DNA of 64,000 nucleotides, taken from the NCBI RefSeq assembly GCF_009914755.1, contig NC_060932.1; one strand, written 5' to 3'. Below the pieces are notes generated by a model. It was not told where the DNA came from. It ran no database searches and saw only the letters and a list, made by a program, of their open reading frames with translations. The stretch is from the human T2T-CHM13v2.0 reference genome, Homo sapiens. The translations under genes were made by a program, and so were the position numbers. Below, one piece after another: positions 39,161 through 52,712 of this stretch; within the stretch, counting starts at the first letter, position 1; every line of letters starts with the position of its first letter.

Positions 39161-42100
39161 TTTTTTTCAATTTATTGTTTTTTAAAAACATTTTACATTA
39201 AATTGTGTGATACACATGCAGAACATGCAGTTTTGTTCCATAGGTATACATGTGCCATGGTGGTTTGCTGCACCCATCAACCCGTCATCTAGGTTTTAAG
39301 CCCCACTTGCGTTAGGTATTTGTCCTTATGCTGTCCCTCCCCTCATCCCCCACCTCCCAACAGGCCCTGGTGAGTGATGTTCCCCCGACTTGTCCATGTG
39401 TTCTCACTGTTCAACTCCCACTTATGAGTGAGAACATGTGGTGTTTGGTTTTCTGTTCCTGTGTTAGTTTGCTGAGAATGATGTCTTCCAGCTTCATCCA
39501 TGTCTCTGCAAAGGGCATGAATTCATTATTTTTTATGGTTGCATAGTATTCCATGGCGTATATGTGCCACATTTTCTTTATCCAATGTATCGTTGATGGG
39601 CATTTGGGTTGGTTCCTAGTCTTTGCTATTGTAAATGGTGCTGCAGTTAACATACATGTGCATGTGTCTTTATAGCAGAAAGATTTATAATCCTTTGGGT
39701 TTACAACCAGTAATGGGATTGCTGGGTTAAATGGTATTTCTGGCTCTAGATCCTTGAGGAACTGCCACACTGTCTTCCACAATGGTTGAATTAATTTACA
39801 TTCCCACCAACAGTGTAAAAGCATTCCTATTTCTCCGCAGCCTCTCCAGCATCTGTTATTTCTTGACTTTTTAATGATCACCATTCTAACTGGCATGAGA
39901 TGGTATCTCATTGTGGTTTTGATTTGCATTTCTCTAATGAGCAGTGATGTTGAGCTTTTTTTCATGTTTGTTGGCTGCATAAATGTCTTCTTTTGAGAAG
40001 TGTCTGTTCATATCCTTTGCCCACTTTTTGATGGAATTGTTTGTTTTTTCTTGTAAATTTGTTTAAGTCCCTTGTAGATTCTGGATAGTAGACCTTTGTC
40101 AGATGGATAGATTGCAGAAATTTTCCCCCATTCTGTTGGTTGCCTGTTCAGTCTGATGATGGTTTCTTTTGCTGTGCCAAAGCGCTTTCGTTTGATTAGA
40201 TCCCATTTGTCAAGTTTGGCTTTTGTTGCCATTGCTTTTGGTGTTTTAGTCATGAAGTCTTTGCCGATGCCTAGGTCCTGAATGGTATTGCCCAGGTTTT
40301 CTTCTAGGGTTATTGTGGTTTTTGGGTTTTACATTTAAGTCTCTAATCCGTATTGAGTTACTTTTTGTATAAGGTATAGGAAGAGGTCCAGTCTCTGTCT
40401 TCTGCATATGGCTAGCCAGTTTTTCCAGCACCATTTATTAAATAGAGAATCCTTTCCCCATTGCTTATTTTTGTCAGGTTTGTTGAAGATCAGGTGGTTG
40501 TAGATATGTGGTGTTATTTCTGAGGTCTCTGTTCTGTTCCATTGGTCTACAGCTCTGTTTTGGTAGCAGTACCATGCTGTTTTGGTTACTGTAGCCTTGT
40601 ATAGTTTGTAGTGTGATGCCTCCAGCTTTGTTCTTTTCGATTAGGATTGTCTTGGCTATATGGGCTCATTTTTTATTGTCTATTTTATTCTTCTGTCTTT
40701 TCTTCTTTATTAGTCTGGCTAGTGGTCTATGTATTTTGTTAATCTTTTCAGAAAACCAGCTCCTGGATTCATTGATTTTTTTTTTTTTGAAGGGTTTTTC
40801 ATGTCTCTATCTTCTTCAGTTCTGCTCTGTTCTTGGTTATTTCTTGTATTCTGCTAGCTTTTGAATTTGTTTGCTCTTGCTTCTCTAGTTCTTTTAATTG
40901 TGATGTTAGGGTGTCAATTTTAGGTCTTTCTAACTTTCTCATGTGGGCATTTAGTGCTATAAATTTCCCTCCCAACACTGCTTTAGCTGTGTCCCAGAGA
41001 TTCTGGTATGTTGTCTCTTTATTCTCATTGGTTTCAAAGAACATCTTTATTTCTGCCTTAATTTTGTTATTTACTCAGTAGTCATTCAGGAGCAGGTTGT
41101 TCAATTTCCACGTAGTTGTGTGGTTTTGAATGAGTTTCTTAATCCTGAGTTCTAATTTGATTGCACTGTGGTTTGAGACACTGTTTATTATGATTTCCGT
41201 TCTTTTGCATTTGCTGAGGAGTGTTTTACTTCCAATTATGTGGCCGATTTTAGAATAAGTGTGATGTGGCGCTGAGAAGAATGTATATTCTGTTGATTTG
41301 GGGTGGAGAGTCCTGTAGATGTCTGTTAGGTCTGCTTGGTCCAGCGCTGAGTTCAAGTCCTGAATATCCTTGTTAACTTTCTGTCTCATTGATCTAATAT
41401 TGACAGTGGGGTGTTAAAGTCTCCCACTATTATTGTGTGGGAATCTAAGTCTCTTCACAGGTCTCTAAGAACTTGTTTTATGAATCTGGGGCTCCTGTAC
41501 TGGGTGCATATATATTTAGGATAGTTAGCTCTTCTCATTGCATTGATCCCTTTACCATTATGTAATGCCTTTTTCTTTTTCGATCTTTGTTGCTTAAAGT
41601 CTGTTTTATCAGAGACTAGGATTGCAACCCCTGCTTTTTGTTGCTTTCCATTTGCTTGGTAAATATTCCTCCATCCCTTTATTTTGAGCCGGTTTGTGTC
41701 TTTGCATGTGAGATGGGTCTCCTGAATACAGCAAACTGATAGATCTAGACTCTATGCAATTTGCCAGTCTGTGTCTTTTAATTGGGGCATTTAGCCCCAT
41801 TAAAGCTAACATTGTTATGTGTTAATTTGATCCTGTCACCGTGATGCTAGCTGGTTATTTTACACATTAGTTGATTCAGTTTCTTCACAGTGTCATTGGT
41901 CTTTATATTTTAGTGTGTTTTTGCAGTGGCTGGTACTAGATTTTTCTTTCCGTATTTAGTGCTTCCTTCAGGAGCTCTTGTAAGGCAGGCCTGGTAATGA
42001 CAAAATTTCTCAGCATTTGCTTGTCTGGAAAGGATTTTATTTCTCCTTCACTTATGAAGCTTAGTTTGGCTGGATATGAATTTCTGGGTTGAAAATTCTT

Positions 42101-43543
42101 TTCTTTAAGAATGTTGAATATTGGCCCCACTGTCTCCTGGGCTTGCAGGGTTTCTGCAGAGAGATCCACTGTTAGTCTGATGGGCTTCCCTTTGTAGGTA
42201 ACCTGACTTTTCTCTCTGGCTGCCCTTAACATTTTTCCTTTGTTTCAACCTTGGAGAATCTGACGATTATGTGTCTTGGGGTTGCTCTTCTTGAGGAGTA
42301 TCTTTGTGGTGTTCTCTGTGTTTCCTGAATTTGAATGTTGGCCTGTCTTGCTAGGTTGGGGGAGTTCTCCTGGGTAATATCCTGAAGTGTGTTTTCCAAC
42401 TTGGTTCCATTGTCCCCATCACTTTCAGGTACACCAATCAATCATAGGTTTGGTCTTTTCACATCGTCCCATATTTCTTGAAGGCTTTGTTTATTCCTTT
42501 TCTTTCTTTTTTCTGTAATCTTGTCTTCTCGCCTTATTTCAGTAAGTCGATCTTCAGTCTCTGATATCCTTTCTTCCACTTGATCGATTCGGCTATTGAT
42601 ACTTGTGTGTGCTTCACAAAGTTCTCGTGCTGTGTTTTTCAGCTCCATCAGGTCATTTATGTTCCTTTCTAAACTGGTTATTCTAGTTAGCAGTTCCTGT
42701 AACCTTTTATCAAGGTTCTTAGCTTCCTTGCATTTGCTTAGAATATGCTCCTTTAGGTCAGAGAAGTTTGTTATTACCCACCTTCTGAAGCCTACTTCTG
42801 TCAATTCGTCAATCTCATTCTCTGTCCAGTTTTGTGTCTTGCTGGAGAGGAGTTGCAATCGTTTGGAGGAGACACGGCATTCTGGTTTTTGGAATTTTCA
42901 GCGTTTTTGCACTGCTTTTTTCTTTATCTTCATGGATTTATCTACCTTTCATCTTTGAGGCTAATTACCTTTGGATGGGGTTTTTGGGTGGGGGTCCTTT
43001 ATGTTGATGTTATTGCTTTCTGTTTCAGTTTTTCTTCTAATGATCAGGCCTCTCTTTTGAGGGTCTGCTGCAGTCCGCTGGAGGTCCACTCCAGACCCTG
43101 TTTGCCTGGGTATCACCAGTGGAGGCTTCATACCAGAGGGGCACCGGCCTGATGCCAGCTGGAGCTCTCCTGTATGATGTGTCTGTCAACCCCTGTTGGG
43201 AGTTCTCTCCCAGTCAGTAGGCACTGGGGTCAGGGACCCACTTGAGGAGGTAGAGTATCCGTTAGCAGAGCCGGTGCCCTGTGCTGGGAGAATCCCTCTT
43301 GTCAGGATCAGCTGCTGTCTTCAGAGCCAGAAAGCAGGAATGATTAAATCAGCTGAAGCTGCACCCACACTATCCCTTCCCCCAGGTGCTCTGTCTTAGG
43401 GAGATGGGGGTTTTGTCTGTAAGCCCCTGACCGGGGCTGTTACATTGCCTTCAGAGTCGTCTTGCCCAGTGAGGAGGAATCTAGAGAAGCAGTCTGGCCA
43501 CAGCAGCTTTGCTACGCCCAGTCCAGACCTCCCAGCCTCCTTA
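39161..43543 (-). mobile_element. L1PA8-like LINE: 3'UTR, disrupted ORF2 (internal deletion at ~40667), ORF1 and partial 5'UTR
   Basis: ORF track gives ORF2 C-terminus (39411-39980), endonuclease pieces (41075-41389) and ORF1 pieces (41936-42858); TSD acca(g/c)gtgcta(c/a)t at 39148-39160 and 43544-43556. Confidence 0.93.
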
Positions 43544-43616
43544 ACCACGTGCTAATTCAAGAATACTTAGCTAACCCTGTGCTGTTTCCTTGAATGTGGC
43601 ATTCTCCATAAAGCCA

Positions 43617-44038
43617 TCTCTTAGTTTCCTAGTGACCTAAGACAACAGAAATGTAATCTCTCTCAGTTCTGGAGGCCAGAAGTCTGAAATCAAGGTGTTG
43701 GCAGGGCCATATTCTGAAGTTTCTAGGACAAACCCTTTCCTTGCCTCTTCCTAGCTTCTGATGGCTCCCAAAAATCCCTGGAGTTCCTTGGCTCGTAGCT
43801 GCCCTGCTCCAGTCTCTGCCTCCATCTTCACATGGCCTCCTCTCCCCTGGGTCTTTGTTTCTTCACATGGGCACCTTATAAGGACACCCATCATTGGATT
43901 TAGGGCCCATCCTAAACCAGTGTGACCTCATCTTAACTTAGCTAATTATATCTGCAAATACTCTATTTCCAAATAAGTCACATTCTGAAGCTCCAGGTAG
44001 ACATTAATTTTGGGGCAGATAGTACTCAACACAGTGTA
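43617..44038 (-). mobile_element. MLT1B/C MaLR LTR
   Basis: cagttctggaggccagaagtctgaaatcaaggtgttggcagggcc...ttataaggacac...attggatttagggccca. Confidence 0.85.
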
Positions 44039-44046
44039 TCATCTAA

Positions 44047-44456
<410 letters not shown>

Positions 44457-44644
44457 ATGCTTTTCTTTTAGAGTAAACAAACAGCTCTTAAAAACTAAAC
44501 CAGTAGAACATAGGAAACAGACTTTATCATACCTGCCTTTATATTTAACCATGCTAACTTCTCTGTCAACAAATAGTTATGCTTACAGATTGTGGGAGAA
44601 AAAGGATTGTCCTGAGAGATTTTCATTTAACATAAATTACTCTT

Positions 44645-45375
44645 AAGGGAAATACAAATAGAAACTCCAGTGAGATACCACAGTGGGATGGCTAAAACCA
44701 CAAAGATGGACAACACCAAGTGCTGACAAGAATGTGGAGCAGTTAGAACTCTCAATCATAGCTGAAGGAAGTGTATAGGGGTACAACTATCTTGGAAAAA
44801 TCTATTTAGCACTATACACTAAAGTTAAATATATGTTAAATAAAGTTAAATATATGTCTACCCTATGACTCAGCAATTCACCCTAGGTATATACCCAAAG
44901 AAATGAAGGTGTGTATCATAGACTTCTGTAAGGCTGTTCATAGCAGGTTTCTTGATGATGGTTAAAAGTATTAGTGACTCAAATGTTTATCAGCAAGAGA
45001 AGGGTAAACACATTGTGGTGTATTCATGTAATAGGATACTAGCAACCAGTAGGAAAAAATGTTAGAGACATAGAAAAAACGAACCTCAAAAACATTTATG
45101 TTGAATAAAAAAGTCAAGTACAAAAGAATATACATACTGTTTCTATTTACATGAAGTTCAAGAACAGGAAAAATTATAGTGATACAAGTCAGAATAGCGG
45201 TTACCTCTGGAATGGGGAATATTGACTGGAAAGTGACATGAAAGAACTTTCTGGAGTAGTAGAAATGGTCTCCATCTTAACCTAGGTGATGAATACATGG
45301 GTGTCTACATAGAAATTCATTGCCCTGTATACTTAAGATTACTTTTATGTGGGTAAACAATATCTCAAAAAATAA
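44645..45375 (+). mobile_element. L1ME ORF2 end/3'UTR
   Basis: gacaacaccaagtgctgacaagaatgtggagcagttagaactctc...ctatgactcagcaattc. Confidence 0.8.
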
Positions 45376-45676
45376 TAATGTGATTCCTGTTCTCTTGGAG
45401 CTTCCTGGCGGGTAAAGAGATGAATATAACAAATAAGGACTCAACCACATCATTAGAATTCTTCTAAATGCACTTATAGAATAGCATGCTTTGACAAAGA
45501 ATAACAGGGATATAATTTGGATGGGGGGAATTATTTTCTATATATACTTTCCAGAAGTAAAGTCTTTCTGACCTTCTCCTATCCTTCTGTCTCCTGCCCC
45601 TCTTCCTCACCCCAATGCCACCGCTTTCAAAGCAAAGTAAGTCATAGAAACCAGAATTCCTCTTTCCCAAGATGGG

Positions 45677-45886
45677 CTATAGTTAACAATAATTTATTAC
45701 ATATTTCAAAATAACAAAAAGAATGGAATCAGAATGTTCCTAACAAAGAAATGATAAATGGTTGAGGTGATAGATAACCCAATTACTCCGATTTGATTAT
45801 TACACATTGTATGCTTTTATCAAAATATCACATGTACCCCATATTATGTGTCCATAATCATTAAAAATAAATTTAAAAAATAAAAA
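45677..45886 (+). mobile_element. L1MA 3' end
   Basis: ctatagttaacaataatttatt...aaatatcacatgtacccc...A-rich tail. Confidence 0.85.
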
Positions 45887-46175
45887 GGGTGCCCCCTTAT
45901 AAAAGATGTACGAAAAAAGAAACTAAACATGCTAAAACTTGAGAAGGACTATTCCTACAAAGAGTTGGGCCAAAGGAAAAAGAGATTTAAAATACCTCAG
46001 AAAGTCCCAGCATATGAGCAAAGATTTGGAAAATCCTGTAGGCGTGATAGATGAAGTCTCTCTAACAGAAGGGACCCAATCCAAAAATGCTAGTCTGGTT
46101 ACTAACGTCTGGAGTAGAAGCACTATCAAACCTCAGTCACAAGTCAATTATCTGAGAACTTCGGTATCTCATAAT

Positions 46176-47181
46176 TATAGCGGAAAAAAATGCAATGTTT
46201 TTCCTCGCTTATCACAAGGGTCACAGCTGACATTCCTGTAACAGACAGATTAACAGGAGAAAAGCATAACAAATGTATTCAAAGTTTTAGGTGACACAGA
46301 AGCCTTCAGAAATAAAGACCCAAAGACCCAGGGAAACCTGTCTATTTTTGTGGTTAGTGATATGGTTTGGCTGTGTCCCCACCCAAATCTCATCTTGAAT
46401 TGCATCTCCCATAATTCCCATGCATAATGGGAGGGACCCAATGGGAGGTAATTGAATCATGGGGGAGGGTCTTTCCTGTGCTGTTCTCGTGATAGTGACT
46501 AAGTCTCACAAGATCTGATGGTTTTATAAATGGGAGTTCCCCTACACAAACCCTCTTTGCCTGTAGCCATGTAGGATGTCCCTTTGCTCTTCCTTCATCT
46601 TCCAACATGATTGTGGGGCCTCCTCAGCCATGTGGAACTGCGAGTGCATTAAACCTTTTTCCTTTGTAAATTACCTAGTCTCATGTATGTCTTTATCATC
46701 AGCGTGAAAACAGACTAATAGAGTTAGGTTCCGTGAAGAATGGACAGCCCTGTAGAAATGTGATTGGACAAAAGGGTAGGTTTAATGATGGTAGACTGAG
46801 AGGAGGGCAGGTGAAACCCAGCAAATTTGTTTAGATTCTTCTTGGCATCTCTCTGTAGCATTCCCGCCTCCTGTAGGGGCAGGGTCCCTCTGGAATGAGG
46901 GTCTTGAAGGGAGAGAGTGACTTTTCTAGGTTTGGGGGCTTGCTTTGCGAGAGGGGAGTTCCAGTTTCTATAGCCCACCTTGGGAAAGAGGAATTCTGGT
47001 TTCTATGACTTACTTTGCTTTGAGAAGGGTGGCATTGGGGTGGGGAAGAGGGGCGGGAGACAGAAGGATAGGAGAAAGTCAGAAAGACTTTACTTCTGGA
47101 GTTTTTCTATTTTTCTTCAGTTCATAGAACTTAGCACACCAAAACACCATACTTTAGGGTATTGTGTTCTGAGCCCCAATG
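46176..47181 (-). mobile_element. MER39-like ERV1 LTR split by THE1
   Basis: cagattaacaggagaaaagcataacaaat; ccatactttagggtattgtgttctgagccccaa. Confidence 0.75.
46358..46722 (+). mobile_element. THE1 (B-like) LTR
   Basis: tgatatggtttggctgtgtccccacccaaatctcatcttgaa...; perfect TSD gttag. Confidence 0.92.
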
Positions 47182-47720
47182 TGATCAAGACCAGCTGTTC
47201 TAGGATGGCCTTCTGCCCCTTTGAATTTGGTGACTAAATTCTATGAATTTCTCAAAATAATGTAATAATGTCTTTAGTGTTAGCTTTTGAAATGGGTAAT
47301 GTCTTAATTTTTGTGGAATCTTTGCATAGTTTTGAAAATATTGAAAAGATGAAGAGAACTGGATGCTTGGGAGACATATAGTATAGAAGATTTATTGAGT
47401 GACAAATGTTCATTAACTTTGCCTAAATAGGTACCCCAAGGGGAAACTAATATGTGAGAAGAACTAAAATGTATTCTCAGTGCTGCCTTGCCTACAATAT
47501 GCTGCTTTTTCCCCTACAAGCATGAGGTTTTGCTCTTAGGCTAAGAGAGAGGATTCTTTTCTTTATGCCCAGTGCTACTTGGTCAGGGTTATATCAGTTC
47601 AGAATACTGATGAGAGATGTGCTATCACCATGTTGATCAACTTTAAGGGTCAGAGTGACCTGCCCACAGAACCATTAGAAGCAATGTATCTTGATGGAAT
47701 TTTTGTTTGTTGGCTGATTG

Positions 47721-48098
47721 TGTTAAAAGATAAACTTAGGCACATTAAAATTTTAATGAGTTATTTGAATTCAGTGATTCATGAATTGGGCAGCGCCAGA
47801 TCACAAGTGGCTCAGTGCTCCACCAAAGGGGGCACAAGAGGACATTTTATTAGGTGTTTGTAAAAGCCAGATAATGAAACTATTTGATTGGCTAAAGTGG
47901 AGAGTCCCTAGTTAGAGGTTACTCGGTAGCTTCTAATTAGTAAAGCCTCTGGTTAGAGGGTAGTTGGTGGTTTCTGATTGATTAACCTTAAGTTTTGTTT
48001 TACTGTTTACATTAAGTTGGGGTTTGGTTTGCTTATATAAGAACCCAAGGTGCTGGAGACATCTCAGCCTAATGGTCTCCCTGTTAATTATTCTAACA
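47721..48098 (-). mobile_element. ERV1 LTR (MER93/MER57-like)
   Basis: tgttaaaagataaacttagg...gattcatgaattgggcagc...ctaaca; TSD attg/actg. Confidence 0.7.
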
Positions 48099-48397
48099 AC
48101 TGGTATGTTTTGCTATATTTCAAAAGGAAGCAATTAATTTTTGGCCACCTCTCTCTCAGTCACTTTATTTATCTACCTAATAGGGTAACATCCATTTAAT
48201 TAGAATGAAATGTCCAATTAATAAGGTTGGATTGTACCCATATTATTTTCTATTTTATCACATGTACAATTACTCTTGTCCTAGGTGTAGATGCATATAG
48301 CAGAACTAGACAACTATAAAATGAACATCTTTCAAACTTCTTCCTGAATCTGAAGCAGTATATAAAATGACTCTGTACAATCAAAAGCTATAAAATA

Positions 48398-48713
<316 letters not shown>

Positions 48714-49736
48714 TCAAAAGGCTTCTTGAAGATGAATTTTGAGCTGGGTCTTGAAAGAAGGATAAAACAAAAGACAGGCAAAGAGAGAGTAAAGATAGGT
48801 AGAAGAATAGTACAGCAAAAGCAATGAGACCAGAGAAGAGAGTGAAGGAATCTAGTATGGGTGGAGAAGAGAACCCTCAGCAGGGCACTTATTCTGTGAT
48901 GCTGTTTTCTTTTACTAGGAAACTAGGAAACATGAAGGATGTGTCTTCTTAAGCATCGGCATTTGAGCCAGATGGCCTTGCTTTAAAAATAAATAAATAA
49001 CACATTCTATACTTTGGAATGTTCTAATGTGGAAACCAATATTCAAGAATGGGCTATGGAAAAACAGTATTTTTGCTATTTTTAGAAGCAACCACCCTCT
49101 CTTTCTGAGTAATAAGCTTAAGGCTCCAAATTCTAATTCACAGACTAAAGACAAACAAATTATATCAGATTCATATTTTCAAAATATTCCAGTTGCACTC
49201 ACAATTTTTCATGCGATAACTCTGCCAAAGAGTATATTGAGGTCAATAAGCACATGGCTTCCTGTGCTGGAGAGAGTTAACTGATAAAAAGGAGCAAGGG
49301 CCCTAGGGGTGGTGATGAAGACAGAGTGAGCTGTCTGATGGGCCACATTCTCCCAGCTACAGTATAACGTCTGAGAACGTGTGTCAGGCCCACTCCTTTG
49401 CAGACACAGCAACTGTAGCAGGAGGCCGATGGGGCTGCTGTGAGGACATCCAGGACCAATGATGGTCCTAAAGGGAATTCTGTAGGGCTATGATTTGAAG
49501 GTATTTTGTTTTTGTTTTCAGTCCCCTCTGCTCTTTGTCTTGTCCCCGCAGTTCTGTCTGATACTAAGAACTGCCACGTTTGGAATATCCTCATGATCAC
49601 ACATCTGGGTCTTGAGGAAGCAGGAGGCAGGATAGAATGTGATGGGAAAATGAAAAAAGAGAATACTAATAGGTGCCATTTAGCAAGCACTCACTACCCC
49701 ATTTCCTTGAACCCTGACACCACCCTGATGGGTCAC

Positions 49737-50604
49737 TGGCAGAGGAAACTCTTGGTTGCCCACTTAGCATCCATTTTGCCCTTTCTTCTGTTAAAAGAAA
49801 ATCTTCAGACAAATTTAACAGCTTGAGGAAAGAATGATTCATGAATAAGGCAGCACTCAAAACCAAAGGCAATTCAGAGAGCTCTACCTAGCCATGTGAA
49901 CAGGGAGCTTTTATGGACCGAATGCGGAAGCAAAGTAGAGAAGTTACTTGATAGGCTACAGCTAAGTATTTGCCTTATTTGAGCATGGTCTGATCAGGTG
50001 GCTGTCTGTTAATGGCCGAAGTTCAGCTCTTTGTTGTAAAATATGCTCCTAAATGAGGTTTCTGTTTCTTTAAATTAGGTTGCAGTTTGTTACCCAGGAA
50101 CCCAGAGTATGGAGACAGCATCATGGTCATAGCATCCTGCTTATGTAATTTAACACTTATAATAAAATCCATTTCATTCTTCCCCAGTGTGGCCTTGGGA
50201 AAACCAAATGCACCCCTGCTCCAGCAACTGGCTTGATTCATCTCAGGTTAAACCTGTCTCCTTCCCAGTGATTGGTTCAGGGATGGGCATAGGTACCTCT
50301 TATCTGGAAAGTTAGATGAGAGAACAACATTCCTGGGGAAGATCTTAGAAGTTTCCTTAATCTTTGATGCCTGGAATGGCTGCAGCCATACAGCTAACAG
50401 ATTAGGCAGAGCCAGCATGAGAATGGCAGAGCCAGGAGAGGGAGACCAGCTTACTCAATGGCACAGTTGAGCCACTGAATCAAACAGTCCTGAAAACTGA
50501 ATTATTCTAGAAACCTTGTTATGTAAGATAATTGATATCCCTACTGATTAAGCCAGTTTGAGTTTGTTTTGCTACTTGCAACCTAAAGTATTCTAATTAA
50601 TACA
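49737..50604 (+). mobile_element. Old MLT1 (K/L-like) LTR split by a MER57-like LTR
   Basis: cagtgattggttcagggatgggcat...ttaagccagtttgagttt...acttgcaacctaaagtattctaattaataca. Confidence 0.7.
49789..50155 (-). mobile_element. MER57-family ERV1 LTR
   Basis: tgttaaaagaaaatcttcagacaaattt...gattcatgaat...aatttaaca; TSD cttc/ctta. Confidence 0.75.
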
Positions 50605-51039
50605 TTGCTATTATTTTCCCCACTTGGAAATCAAGAGTCAGACAGCTAAATAACTCAAAGTCTCCAGCAAGTGACTGAGAAAGCCAGGTCTCTCCAACTC
50701 TAATGCCAAGTTCTAACCTGCTAACTAATCTGGAAATGGTCTGTTCATGTCAGGGAGGAGAGCCATGGAACCAATGGCCCAGATACTCATGGGGCTGGGA
50801 CATCAGAAGGGAGCAATCTAATTGCTCTCTGAGTGTTCCTCATCAGGTGGGGGTGAACAAAAATCTGAGGCAGGGCCCCCTAAGCAGCCAGGATGGGTGG
50901 TACTGCATGGGAGAGGCCCCTGTATTTCCCTTTAGAAGCACTAAAGTCTCTAAAGGGAGCTTGACCAAGTTTACAATATTGAAAACATTTTCAGAGCTTT
51001 TCCATGTATGAGATGCTTTTTTGATACATGACTTCAGTT

Positions 51040-51205
51040 CTGTTTTTTTTAATCCTATTGAGGCATGAAGTAGCCTCCACTTTACAGAGGAGAAAACTGA
51101 GACTCTGCAAGGCTACAGGACTTGCCCCAAATCTCCCATGTAAGTGGTGAAACTGACACTTGATCCAAGGGCTGCCTCAGTCCCATGCTTTTCCCATGTC
51201 ACACT
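51040..51205 (-). mobile_element. MIR
   Basis: tttacagaggagaaaactgagact...acttgcccc...gtaagtggtgaaactg. Confidence 0.7.
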
Positions 51206-51864
51206 GTCAGTGTGACTCTTGTCCCTGCAGGTGACATGTTCAAGGCCACATACTTATTTTTATCAATACCTTGGGAAAGGTGGCTTGCATGGCCAATACT
51301 ATGACTCTAAGTGATTTAGAGAGAGGTCTAGATTCTCGCCCTTCTGGAGGGAAAGAAAGGAGGTGACTGCCTTGAGTTAGTTCCCACACTATGTGTCTGC
51401 TGCACTTGAGCCAAGAATTCTTATTGTCTGGAACAGGGAGAAGTCCTTTAGGGTGGGCTGGAGAACCTCATGCAATGAGCCTCTTGGCCAAACCTCCTGC
51501 AGGATTGGAATTCCACAGCACAGAGAAACCTTTAATTGAAATGCTCTTTGCTTCCCCCCAGTTCCCTTAGGCCATGAGGGAAAAGGATTCCCAGTACCTA
51601 TCTCTCTTGGTACCTGGCAAAAATGCCATGTTGAGAAAAAGTCTTATCACAAATAGGTGGAGAAATTCAGACTATTGGTTTCCTAAGGTTACTAGCTGAG
51701 TTCTCTCCTTGGTCATTTATACAGATAATTGCCTCAAGCAAGTACACACCCACCTGGAACTATTCTGTTGTCCTCAACAACAGCTGTATGCACTGCCCAG
51801 AGAGACTGAAATTCTGCATGTGGCCTCTCCCTGACATTGCCATGGGATGGTCTAATTTTTTTAA

Positions 51865-52075
51865 ACCACTTATTGAATGCCAACTGAGTACCAGGCACTA
51901 AACATACCCTTAATCTTCACAACCCTATAATGGCAGGTATTATTATTCCCCCTGAACTGATGAAGAAACTTATGTCCGGACTGACTTGCTCAGACACACA
52001 GAGCAAGTAAATGGCAGAGAAGGCATCAATTCTGTGAGGCTCAGCTTTCATTGCGGGTACGTGTGCTACCCACTG
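51865..52075 (-). mobile_element. MIR
   Basis: ttattgaatgcc...ccaggcact...taatcttcacaaccctat...gatgaagaaact. Confidence 0.75.
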
Positions 52076-52269
52076 TGACCAGCCCGTAGTGACAGAGTAG
52101 CAAGAACAGGACGTCATGGCAGTTCTGGTTTATGGTCTGTCAACTACGTGTACATATTATGCTAGAGCTTGGTGGAATCAGGGTTGACTAAAGCCCTGGT
52201 TTTCAGTGAGCTGCTAGTCTAGTGGAGACAGATGCTCTGGAAGAAACTTATATTTGAAATCTAATATAT

Positions 52270-52712
52270 TCATTCTCCTGTTCTTCTAAAGTAATAGAAT
52301 TTTTAACTGGGTATATGATTACCAAGCCAAACACTGTCTTCCAGCCTCTCTCACAGCTAGTGGTGGTCCTATAACAACGTTCTGGCTTATGGGATGTAAG
52401 TGATCTGTGTAACATATAGTTGTGCCTTAAAAAGAAATGATGTCCCCATGCTTTCCCCTTCTTTTCCTTCCTGTTACTTGGAAGCAGATATGATGGCAGG
52501 AGCTGGAGATGCCCTGAAGAACCATGAGGTAGAAGCCACATTGTGAGGATGGCAGAGCAGCAGCACCTGGGCTCTGATGATTATAAAACAACCATAGCAA
52601 GCATGGACCATGTCCCTGGACTTCTACCTGAGAGAGAAGGCAACTTTTAATGTAAATGACTTTAACTTAGGTCTCTTTGTTAAAGAAGCCAACTTTATAT
52701 TCCAATGAATAC
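52270..52712 (+). mobile_element. MLT1J-like LTR
   Basis: tccagcctctctcacagctag...atgatggcaggagct...gaggatggcagagcag...aataca. Confidence 0.7.

Larger units (their letters stand above)
45550..47100. repeat. Inverted duplication IR3: 45550-45682 is the reverse complement of 46968-47100
   Basis: 126/133 matches, no gaps; near-identical peptides in ORFs 45464-45670(-) and 46980-47237(+). Confidence 0.95.

Noticed and set aside
45899-46241. Lysine-rich open frames in unique-looking DNA
   Set aside because: Short, with no recognisable domain or splice context; explained by A-rich composition.
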